From Candidatus Woesearchaeota archaeon (GTDB lineage Archaea > Nanobdellota > Nanobdellia > Nanobdellales > CAZNIQ01): a stretch of 10,419 nucleotides of DNA. Location of the stretch: contig CAZNIQ010000024.1 of NCBI GenBank assembly GCA_964573185.1, forward strand, positions 1 to 10,419, in the 5' to 3' direction. The notes under the pieces were generated by a model. That model ran no database searches, had not been told where the DNA came from, and worked only from the letters and a program-made list of their open reading frames with translations. Shown here piece after piece: positions 1 to 6,551 of the stretch (position 1 is the first letter of the stretch; each line of letters opens with the position of its first letter). The translations under genes were made by a program, and so were the position numbers.

Positions 1-120
1 AAAGATTTCAAAAATAAGCTTTAATGTGTAGCATAAAATCTTGAGATTGAAAATTAAAGAGAAGTTGGAAATGCTTGCATCTTATATTATGTCTTTGTTA
101 AACAATAATGTTAGACAAAA

Positions 121-128
121 CTTTATCT
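121..128 (+). promoter_or_regulatory. Weak TATA-like element (CTTTATCT preceded by AAAA) upstream of the 154 ATG
   Basis: An A/T element centred about 29 nt upstream of the ATG at 154. It matches the TTTAWA archaeal consensus less well than the other boxes in this window. Confidence 0.2.
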
Positions 129-153
129 CCTATTGCAATGAACTATTATAATT

Positions 154-1002
154 ATGAAAAAAGATGTAGAGAACGAGATAAAGAATATCCTGCGTCTTGA
201 ACTTAAAGATATATTAAAAGAATTAACAATAATTAGGGAACTAGAGATTTCTAATAAAGATTCTAAGGAATTTTATATATGGAAAGAACTATATGCTTAT
301 GTATTGGAGTACTTACAATTATTGCAACAATGCAAGAAGTTTATCAAGCAAGGGAAGGACATACCACCTTTTTTACGACAACGAATAGGATTATTAGCAG
401 AGGCTATAGTAAATACTGGATATAGTTATATTACGGGATCTCCTATAGTACCTTGGGATGCATTAGTAAAAAAAGAGTATGTTATACTGGAAAATGCAGA
501 AAAAATTCATAATACATTATTAAAATTACAGGCCCTTGCATTAAGAGATCTTTATAAAGAAAATATTTCTAATAAACATTTTCTAGAGAAAAAGGCACAT
601 GAACTTTTGAGATTAGAATTACAAATAAGAGCATTCCTAAAGGAACTTGAACATGATATGTCAAAACTTAAAAAGATTATAATAGGTCGTACTCTTAGAA
701 GTTTATTCATATTTGATATATATCTTAATAAGGAAGTACAGGAGCAGATCCCAAAAATTAGAAAAATAACAAGAGCAGGTTATGTTATCAAGTTTCTAGA
801 CGGAACAGTAAAATTCTACGAGCAACAAGCAGCTTTGAAGGTCATTAATGAAACCATAAAACATTTACAAAGGCTAGCAAGATTACTATTTTATGCTATA
901 CATACAATAGAAAATGATGAAAAACTCTTAAAAAGACTGTATGAACAGTACAAGAAGTTATATAAGAGCTTGGCAGAATTGGAATCTAATTTTAAAAAAT
1001 AA
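154..1002 (+). CDS. Hypothetical protein, predicted all-helical/coiled-coil, no recognised domain
   Basis: A 282-aa ORF starting at an ATG. It is K/E/L/I-rich with heptad-like stretches such as ELLRLELQIRAFLKELEHDMSKLKK and LLKRLYEQYKKLYKSLAELESNF. Its composition matches neighbouring genes. I recognise no catalytic motif. The 3' end overlaps the convergent gene by 11 nt. Confidence 0.6.
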   Translation: MKKDVENEIKNILRLELKDILKELTIIRELEISNKDSKEFYIWKELYAYVLEYLQLLQQCKKFIKQGKDIPPFLRQRIGLLAEAIVNTGYSYITGSPIVPWDALVKKEYVILENAEKIHNTLLKLQALALRDLYKENISNKHFLEKKAHELLRLELQIRAFLKELEHDMSKLKKIIIGRTLRSLFIFDIYLNKEVQEQIPKIRKITRAGYVIKFLDGTVKFYEQQAALKVINETIKHLQRLARLLFYAIHTIENDEKLLKRLYEQYKKLYKSLAELESNFKK

Positions 1003-1849
1003 TCTTTTCTATTTCTTTTATCTTTTCAGGAAATCCGTCCCCGTCAAGATCAATTCCCTGAATAATTATATAAAAGTCTTTGCTTAAATCTAGCTTTTCT
1101 TGAATAAAATATTTAATTGCGAGTTTCGTTCCGATAGCTCTCTTTCCAGCTAATACTATTATTCTTTTATCTTGATCCCAAGGGTTCTTTATATTCGCTA
1201 CTAACCCCGTATATTCGTCGGAATATCTTCTATCTGTAAATTCTGAATATAAATCCCAATTATATTCTTGTAAAAATCTTATTTTCATTACAGTGTTTAA
1301 TTTGTAAGTTACCATATTTGTAACTGGACCTCCCAAAACTATTAGATTTTCTTTCAATAAATTTTCTTTAATCACATCTGTATCCAGCTTAATATATTCC
1401 GTATATTTTGATTTATCGAAGAACTTTCCCAGATATGACATTAAAAATCCAACATAATGTATATCTCTTGCAGAAGCTGAAAAAGGACCATGAGGGAACG
1501 GAGCACCTACTACTATCAAGGAGTTCAATGTTTTATCTTTAACAAAAGGTTCTAAGTCTTTTTTAGCATAGGTCTCCATCGTAAAATCTTCTTTCTCGTT
1601 TATAAGTACTACATATGCTTTATATGCTTTATAAACAACTTTATTTTCAACCTTCTTAACTTCTATAAAATCCTTAAGTTTCTTGTTTATATAATATGAT
1701 AATAATTGCGGATAAATATTCAGCTCTTTTGATAGTTCAGAAAGGGAATATTCCTTTTCAGACAATTTCTTTAAAATTTTCAACTCTTTTTCTCCAAAAA
1801 TTTTTACCTCCTTTGCGTAAAAACCTTTATTATCTTTTATTACTATCAT
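992..1849 (-). CDS. Winged-helix (ArsR/MarR-like) DNA-binding domain fused to an uncharacterised ~200-aa alpha/beta C-terminal domain
   Basis: A 285-aa ORF. The N-terminal ~75 aa read like a wHTH (EKELKILKKLSEKEYSLSELSKELNIYPQLLSYYINKKL ... VKKVENKVVYKAY). The C-terminal part carries IVVGAPFPHGP, NLIVLGGPVTN and IIVLAGKRAIGT. The GGPxxN element recalls archaeal S-layer-like C-terminal regions, but this is from memory and unverified. Confidence 0.7.
   Translation of the reverse strand: MIVIKDNKGFYAKEVKIFGEKELKILKKLSEKEYSLSELSKELNIYPQLLSYYINKKLKDFIEVKKVENKVVYKAYKAYVVLINEKEDFTMETYAKKDLEPFVKDKTLNSLIVVGAPFPHGPFSASARDIHYVGFLMSYLGKFFDKSKYTEYIKLDTDVIKENLLKENLIVLGGPVTNMVTYKLNTVMKIRFLQEYNWDLYSEFTDRRYSDEYTGLVANIKNPWDQDKRIIVLAGKRAIGTKLAIKYFIQEKLDLSKDFYIIIQGIDLDGDGFPEKIKEIEKIIF
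1003..1026 (+). terminator. Candidate oligo-T termination tract for the 154..1002 gene
   Basis: Three T4 runs (1005-1008, 1016-1019, 1023-1026) lie directly after the TAA at 1000-1002. Archaeal RNA polymerase terminates at oligo-T tracts. The tract lies inside the 3' coding end of the convergent gene. Confidence 0.3.
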
Positions 1850-1871
1850 TAAAAATAACTTTTGTATCTAG

Positions 1872-1879
1872 TTTAAAAA
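1872..1879 (-). promoter_or_regulatory. TATA-like box (minus strand TTTTTAAA) for the wHTH gene, leaderless geometry
   Basis: The minus strand reads AAAGCTTTTTTAAACTAGATACAAAAGTTATTTTTAATG. The box centre is about 26 nt upstream of the ATG at 1849. Confidence 0.4.
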
Positions 1880-1927
1880 AGCTTTTTTTAGAAAAGGGCT
1901 GTTTGAAAATATGCCTTTTATAAACCA

Positions 1928-1935
1928 TTTATAAA
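1928..1935 (+). promoter_or_regulatory. TATA box TTTATAAA for the split glmS operon, leaderless geometry
   Basis: TTTATAAA is centred about 25 nt upstream of the ATG at 1956. No Shine-Dalgarno-like purine tract lies between them. Confidence 0.5.
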
Positions 1936-1955
1936 GTATTAAATAGAATATTTTA

Positions 1956-2609
1956 ATGTGTGGAATACTTGGGATTGTTAGCAAGAGACCTATACCTGTT
2001 TTAGAAGCTCTTCAAAGATTGAAAAGATTAGAATATAGGGGTTATGACTCGTGCGGATTTGCAACAAAGGAAGGTTTTATGTTAAAAAGGAAGGGGGAAA
2101 TAGATGATCTAATGAAAGAAGTAAAGGAAAAATACCCAAACTTGAAATCAAATATAATTATAGCACATACTAGATGGGCAACACATGGAAAAGTAAATGA
2201 TATAAATGCTCATCCTCATACAGATTGTACAGGGAACATTTTTGTCGTACATAATGGAACAATAGATAATTATGAAGAGCTTAAACAAGAGTTAATAATA
2301 AAAGGGCATAAATTTATTTCTGAGACGGATACAGAAGTAATAGCACATTTTATTGAAGATAGAATTAGGGAAGGAAGGGATTTAAAAGAAATTGCCAAAG
2401 AGATATTCAATAGATTTAAAGGAACATATGCTATCTTGGTTTTATTTAGAAATAGAAATAAATTATGGGCCATAAAGAATGGAAGTCCTTTAGTCTTGGG
2501 ATTGGATAAAGATACTGTTTATATTGCGAGCGATGTATATTCTTTCCTAGATAAGACGCAAAAAGTGATAGTTCTAGAAGATTACGAATTCGTTGAGATT
2601 GAGATATGA
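1956..2609 (+). CDS. glmS: Glutamine--fructose-6-phosphate aminotransferase, class II glutaminase (Ntn) part; split gene, part 1
   Basis: 217 aa. The protein starts MCGILGIV, giving the Cys2 nucleophile. Other motifs are RLEYRGYDSCG, AHTRWATHG, AHPH, VVHNGTIDNY, SETDTEVIAH and GSPLVLG. It ends at a TGA that overlaps the next ATG (ATGA at 2606-2609). Confidence 0.9.
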   Translation: MCGILGIVSKRPIPVLEALQRLKRLEYRGYDSCGFATKEGFMLKRKGEIDDLMKEVKEKYPNLKSNIIIAHTRWATHGKVNDINAHPHTDCTGNIFVVHNGTIDNYEELKQELIIKGHKFISETDTEVIAHFIEDRIREGRDLKEIAKEIFNRFKGTYAILVLFRNRNKLWAIKNGSPLVLGLDKDTVYIASDVYSFLDKTQKVIVLEDYEFVEIEI

Positions 2610-3682
2610 AAATCAAAATATATAACAAAGAAGGTAGAGAAATTAAAAAGGAAGTGAAAATTTTGAAATGGGTTAATTTTGAGGAGAAAAAAGATTATGA
2701 ACATTATATGTTAAAAGAGATCCATGAGCAACCAATTGTTTCAAAGATATTAATAGATTCTTTAGAAACCGAACAAAATGATATTGTTAATGAATTCGTG
2801 AATGAAATAGAAAAATCATCTAAAATAGTTTTCATAGCTGCTGGGTCGTCCTACCATGCATCCTTGATAGGTGCTTATTTATTAAGAAAACTTGGATATG
2901 ACGCATTTGCAGTTATAGCTTCAGAATATGATGAATGGATTAATTATAATAAAGATACATTGGTAATTGCAGTTTCCCAATCTGGAGAAACGATGGACGT
3001 TATATTAGCATTAAAGCATTTGAGGAATAAAGTTAGAAAAATTCTGTCCGTTGTAAACGTACCATATTCTACTATTCAAAGGATGTCGGATTTTTCTTTA
3101 GAAATAAAGGCAGGTCCTGAAAAAGCTGTTGCCGCAACAAAAACATACACAAACCAAGTAATCACATTCTTGTATTTAACTAGGGAACTTGGAATGAAAA
3201 TAGGAATAGAAAAAATACCAAAGAAAATAAAATATGTCATTGAGAGGAACGAAGAATTAATAAAGAAAATTGCAAAGGAATGGAAAAATGAAAAAGATAT
3301 TTATATTTTAGGAAGAGGAATAAATTACTTTGCTTCTTTGGAAATAGCATTAAAATTAAAAGAAATATCCTATATCCATGCAGAAGCACTTCCCGCTGGA
3401 GAGCTTAAACATGGCACATTAGCTTTAATAGAACCAGGTGTCAAAGTTATAGCATTGAATCCTGACTGGGATGATAGAATTAAAACAAATATTGAAGAAG
3501 TAAAATCAAGAGGTGGTGTAATTTTAGATATACCTCATGATTTCGATATTCTATATGGCAGATATGATTTCCCTATTTATTCTGTAATTATCGGGCAATT
3601 ACTTACGTATTATATTGCAAAAGAGAAAGGATTACCTATAGACAAACCAAGGAACCTTGCTAAAAGCGTTACAGTTTTATAA
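2606..3682 (+). CDS. glmS: Glutamine--fructose-6-phosphate aminotransferase, tandem SIS isomerase part; split gene, part 2
   Basis: 358 aa. Motifs are YEHYMLKEIHEQP, AAGSSYHAS, SQSGETMDV, GPEKAVAATKTYTNQ and AGELKHGTLALIE. The C-terminal tail KPRNLAKSVTVL is typical of GlmS. Confidence 0.9.
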   Translation: MKIKIYNKEGREIKKEVKILKWVNFEEKKDYEHYMLKEIHEQPIVSKILIDSLETEQNDIVNEFVNEIEKSSKIVFIAAGSSYHASLIGAYLLRKLGYDAFAVIASEYDEWINYNKDTLVIAVSQSGETMDVILALKHLRNKVRKILSVVNVPYSTIQRMSDFSLEIKAGPEKAVAATKTYTNQVITFLYLTRELGMKIGIEKIPKKIKYVIERNEELIKKIAKEWKNEKDIYILGRGINYFASLEIALKLKEISYIHAEALPAGELKHGTLALIEPGVKVIALNPDWDDRIKTNIEEVKSRGGVILDIPHDFDILYGRYDFPIYSVIIGQLLTYYIAKEKGLPIDKPRNLAKSVTVL

Positions 3683-3685
3683 AAA

Positions 3686-3715
3686 TTGTTTTAATTCTCT
3701 TAAAAAATTCTTTTT
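3686..3715 (+). terminator. Candidate oligo-T terminator after glmS part 2
   Basis: TTGTTTT (3686-3692) and TTCTTTTT (3708-3715) lie within 35 nt of the TAA at 3680-3682. A new TATA box follows, which argues for a transcription-unit boundary. Confidence 0.3.
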
Positions 3716-3751
3716 AAAATATATTATGCTGTAAAACTTTCTTTTAAAAAA

Positions 3752-3759
3752 TTTATAAA
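3752..3759 (+). promoter_or_regulatory. TATA box TTTATAAA for the oxidoreductase/nucleotidyltransferase/DUF218 operon
   Basis: The box is centred about 26 nt upstream of the ATG at 3782. This spacing favours 3782 over the TTG at 3773 as the start. Confidence 0.5.
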
Positions 3760-3781
3760 TTAATTAAAAAAGTTGTTTTTA

Positions 3782-4540
3782 ATGAAAAGAGCATTAGTTA
3801 TAGGTAGGGGTGTACAGGGAAGAAGATGGATCATGAACCTTCAAAACTTAGATTATATTGTTGAAGCTTATGGCAGGGACTTTAAAGAAAAAAGCACACA
3901 GCAATATTATGATATTATTGTAGTTGCAGTTCCACATTACGCTTTCTTAGAAGTATCAGAAGAACTAGCAAGGAGAGGGATTACTGCTAGGAAAGTAATT
4001 ATAGAGAAACCGGGTGCTTCTAATTATGATCAATTTATGAGAGTAAGAGAAAATCTAAACAAAGTAGGATATGCGGAGATGTTTTTACCTTTGTATATAC
4101 AGTACGGGTTTAGAAAACCGAGGGTTGTAAGGTACCTTGTGAAGCTTGATAAAAATGAAATCAAATTTATAGACAAAAAAAGAGAGGTGATTGTTTTAAG
4201 GAGTGGCAGAGAGATTGATTTAAATATTTTGAGAGACCTCTTTTGGCATCCTGCAAGTTTATATAGATTTCCTTTCGTGACTTTAGAATACAAGGTAATA
4301 CACGGAGAAAATTTGTATACTATTTATGCTTTGAAAGGGGAGGGATATATCTATGTTGGTAGGCATCCAAAGAAAACGGAGAGAAAGATAGATGGAGAAA
4401 ATGTAGAATTTGAAAATCCAATGAAAAAACAATTAGAAGAAGATTTTGAAATGTTAGCATTAGAAAGGTTACCTATGAGTATCTGGCTCGCTTTAGAAAC
4501 TTTATTAAAAGATGAAAGCTATAGTTCTGGCAGCTGGTGA
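3782..4540 (+). CDS. Short Gfo/Idh/MocA-like NAD(P)-dependent oxidoreductase
   Basis: 252 aa from ATG 3782; the track start at 3773 is a TTG. The N-terminus LVIGRGVQGRR is a Rossmann-type glycine motif. It is followed by VVAVPHYAFLEVSEELARRG and IIEKPGA, the EKP signature of the Gfo/Idh/MocA family. The C-terminal half is shorter than usual for this family. Confidence 0.6.
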   Translation: MKRALVIGRGVQGRRWIMNLQNLDYIVEAYGRDFKEKSTQQYYDIIVVAVPHYAFLEVSEELARRGITARKVIIEKPGASNYDQFMRVRENLNKVGYAEMFLPLYIQYGFRKPRVVRYLVKLDKNEIKFIDKKREVIVLRSGREIDLNILRDLFWHPASLYRFPFVTLEYKVIHGENLYTIYALKGEGYIYVGRHPKKTERKIDGENVEFENPMKKQLEEDFEMLALERLPMSIWLALETLLKDESYSSGSW

Positions 4541-5576
4541 AGGTACAAGACTATATCCTCTATCGTTAGAGAATTCTAAGGTATTGATACCAATACTTGG
4601 TAAGCCATTTATACAGTACGTTATTGAAGAATTGCAAAAAGTATTTGATAAAAATGACATAATTTTAGTTATAAATAAAAAAATAGAGAAAGATATTAGG
4701 AATTTGGGAGTTAAATATATTGTACAAAAAATATTTTATGGTACTGCAGCTAGCGTTTATACAGCTAAAATATTAGCAAGAGATGAGGATGTATTTATAA
4801 TAAATGGAGATAATTTTGTCCCAGCAGATGAAATTAAAAAATTATTGAAATATGAAAATGCTATAGCTGCCATAGAAGTTGAAGATCCTAGAAAGTATGG
4901 TATTTTTGTTTTAGACAAAGATGATAATCTCATAAAGATAATAGAAAAGCCTGAGAATCCCCCCTCAAATCTAGCTAATGCAGGAGTATATAAGTTCTCT
5001 TCATATATATGGTATTATGTTGATAAGCTTATTTCAGCAGAACTCGTTTCTGAAAGAGGAGAGTTTGAAATAACGGATGCGATAAATATGATGGCAAGAG
5101 ATTTCAAAATAAAGGTTGTAAAGATAAGAGAATGGTTGCATTTAAGCAAGCCGAAAGATATATTTAATATATCAAAATATTTCTTAGAAAAGAAATATGA
5201 AGAGCTAAAAAGAAAATATAAGGAATATGGTTATTCATATCAGAAGGGATTCTTTGTAGATAATGAAAGCGATATTAGAAATGTTTCTTTAAAAGGAAAA
5301 GGTATTATTGAGAAATCAACCATATACAATACTATATTAAAAGGAAACATATTTTTGTCAAAAACAGAAGTTTATTTATCGTATATTGAAAATAGCTATA
5401 TATGTTGCTCGAGTATTGAGCAGGCTAACTTAAAGAATTGTGCATTATTAAAGAATGTAAATGTAAAAGCATTCAGCATGATTCATGAGAGTATTTTGAA
5501 AAATACACAAATTCAAGAGAACAACAAAATAAAGAGAAAAGCTATTGAAGGAGAGAAAGTATTTCCTTTACAATGA
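4512..5576 (+). CDS. Sugar-1-phosphate nucleotidyltransferase (COG1208/GlmU-like N-terminal domain) with a degenerate left-handed beta-helix-like C-terminus
   Basis: 354 aa. The N-terminus MKAIVLAAGEGTRLYPLSLENSKVLIPILGKPFIQY is the LAAGxGTRLxPL nucleotidyltransferase signature. Further motifs are INGDNF, YGIF and NAGVYKF. The last ~110 aa show roughly hexad hydrophobic periodicity (IIEKSTIYNTILKGNIFLSKTEVY...LKNCALLKNVNVKA). The gene overlaps the upstream gene by 29 nt. Confidence 0.8.
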   Translation: MKAIVLAAGEGTRLYPLSLENSKVLIPILGKPFIQYVIEELQKVFDKNDIILVINKKIEKDIRNLGVKYIVQKIFYGTAASVYTAKILARDEDVFIINGDNFVPADEIKKLLKYENAIAAIEVEDPRKYGIFVLDKDDNLIKIIEKPENPPSNLANAGVYKFSSYIWYYVDKLISAELVSERGEFEITDAINMMARDFKIKVVKIREWLHLSKPKDIFNISKYFLEKKYEELKRKYKEYGYSYQKGFFVDNESDIRNVSLKGKGIIEKSTIYNTILKGNIFLSKTEVYLSYIENSYICCSSIEQANLKNCALLKNVNVKAFSMIHESILKNTQIQENNKIKRKAIEGEKVFPLQ

Positions 5577-6172
5577 TAATAATAGGAATTTTAGGATACG
5601 GTAGAGGGGAAAGAGATAGGAGGAAGTTTGAAAAAATAAATTTATATAGAACTTTGGCTGCAATAAGAATATACAATCTATTAAAAACAAACAATGTTTT
5701 ATTCGTTCCATTAGGAGGTAAAAATACAGATATAATTGAATACTCCGAGAGCGAATATATAAGAATGCTTTTACAAAAAGAAGGTATAGGAAATATTGAT
5801 GTGGGATACAGTAGGCCTGCAAATACTTGGGGAACATATGCAAATATAAAATATTTGTGTATATTAGCCAAGAGGTATAATCCAGAGCTCCTTATAGCTT
5901 CTACAGATGCAGGACATGCTCCGAGGGTTGCTTCAACAATGGCACAGATTTGTTATTTGGAAGAAAAAATTCCAATATATTCTGCTGTAGTTATGGCTCC
6001 AATATCCTATGATAACTGGAAATACGGAAGTCCCATAGTTCTCGAGGGGGAACTAGCTATATATGGTAAAAAGCTCGTAGAGTTGTATAGAAAATTAAAG
6101 AAGGAAGGAAGAGAAAAAGAACTATTGAGTAAACTAGAAAAGATATTAGAAGAGTTTGATCACCACTCGTAA
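5573..6172 (+). CDS. DUF218/YdcF-like (ElyC/SanA superfamily) protein
   Basis: 199 aa. IIIGILGYG ... FVPLGGKN ... SESEYIRMLLQKEGI ... SRPANTWGTYANI ... LIASTDAGHAPRVA matches the remembered DUF218 pattern (G-G core, S-E, S-x-x-T-x-x-N, T-x-x-x-H-x-x-R). The start is an ATGA overlap with the upstream gene at 5573-5576. Confidence 0.6.
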   Translation: MIIIGILGYGRGERDRRKFEKINLYRTLAAIRIYNLLKTNNVLFVPLGGKNTDIIEYSESEYIRMLLQKEGIGNIDVGYSRPANTWGTYANIKYLCILAKRYNPELLIASTDAGHAPRVASTMAQICYLEEKIPIYSAVVMAPISYDNWKYGSPIVLEGELAIYGKKLVELYRKLKKEGREKELLSKLEKILEEFDHHS

Positions 6173-6546
6173 AACCTGTCCGGGTTCGGAAACAGATAAT
6201 CGGATAGGATTTTGCTAATAAATTTTTTAATATATTTAGAGTACTTATTTGTGATTGGGGCTTCTATATGAACCACTATTTTATTTTCCTTCTCCTCCAT
6301 TTTTATTTTTAAATCAGAATTCATAATAATTCTTTTGGAAGAATAGAACATCTCCTCTTCATCTTGGACCTCTACTTCCTCTTCAATTTTATTATTATCT
6401 ATGTATAAAAACATACCATGTCCTTCAATTACATAACTATTATTATTACACCTTATTTTAAATCCATTAATTTTTCTATTGCAAAGTTCTCTAAATAAAT
6501 TACTGTCTCTTGATTCTAAAGCTCTTAGTAAGAGCTCCAGAGACAT
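6160..6546 (-). CDS. Hypothetical acidic protein, last gene of the truD operon
   Basis: A 128-aa ORF starting 5 nt after the truD stop. It has an acidic central stretch (EEEVEVQDEEE) flanked by beta-like segments. I recognise no motif. Composition is consistent with its neighbours. The 3' end overlaps the convergent DUF218 gene by 13 nt. Confidence 0.55.
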   Translation of the reverse strand: MSLELLLRALESRDSNLFRELCNRKINGFKIRCNNNSYVIEGHGMFLYIDNNKIEEEVEVQDEEEMFYSSKRIIMNSDLKIKMEEKENKIVVHIEAPITNKYSKYIKKFISKILSDYLFPNPDRFYEW

Positions 6547-6551
6547 AAGGT

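Noticed and set aside
1-151. Possible 3' end of an upstream + gene (frame 1 reads KDFKNKL then TAA at 22-24) and a 26-aa sORF at 71-151
   Set aside because: Seven codons cannot be evaluated. The sORF (MLASYIMSLLNNNVRQNFISYCNELL) has no start context or recognisable features and overlaps the putative promoter of the 154 gene.
914-920. C-box-like ATGATGA (also at 2928-2934) as a possible C/D box sRNA
   Set aside because: Both lie inside coding sequence. I found no CTGA D box at the appropriate distance downstream and no terminal stem.
1696-1923. Listed 75-aa + strand ORF
   Set aside because: It overlaps the 5' end of the well-supported minus-strand wHTH gene and runs through both divergent promoter elements. 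It is L/F/S-rich with no motif and appears to be an antisense artefact.
2596-2612. Programmed ribosomal frameshift fusing the two glmS ORFs
   Set aside because: Fusion needs a -1 shift, but no X XXY YYZ slippery heptamer is present (GAG ATT GAG ATA TGA) and I see no obvious downstream structure. An ATG exactly overlapping the stop fits termination-reinitiation better. A sequencing indel remains possible and is flagged in the finding.
2270-2628. Two listed minus-strand ORFs (67 aa and 60 aa) inside glmS
   Set aside because: Both lie entirely antisense to strongly conserved GlmS coding sequence. Both are low-complexity with no start context.
3773-3781. TTG start (MFLMKR...) for the oxidoreductase as given in the ORF track
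   Set aside because: The ATG at 3782 is in frame and sits about 26 nt from a perfect TTTATAAA box, the same geometry as the other first genes. The TTG extension would start inside the promoter-to-start spacer.
4030-4293. Listed 87-aa minus-strand ORF
   Set aside because: It is antisense to the oxidoreductase gene, has no recognisable features and no room for a promoter.
5542-5871. Two listed overlapping minus-strand ORFs (109 aa and 91 aa)
   Set aside because: Both are antisense to the nucleotidyltransferase/DUF218 junction and they mutually overlap in different frames. Both are hydrophobic low-complexity translations typical of AT-rich antisense.
6176-6195. GC-rich imperfect hairpin CTGTCCGGGTTCGGAAACAG just after the DUF218 stop
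   Set aside because: It is only 7 bp with a bulge. The palindrome is explained by the minus-strand codons CCG AAC CCG GAC AGG (P-N-P-D-R) of the convergent gene. Archaeal termination relies on oligo-T rather than hairpins.
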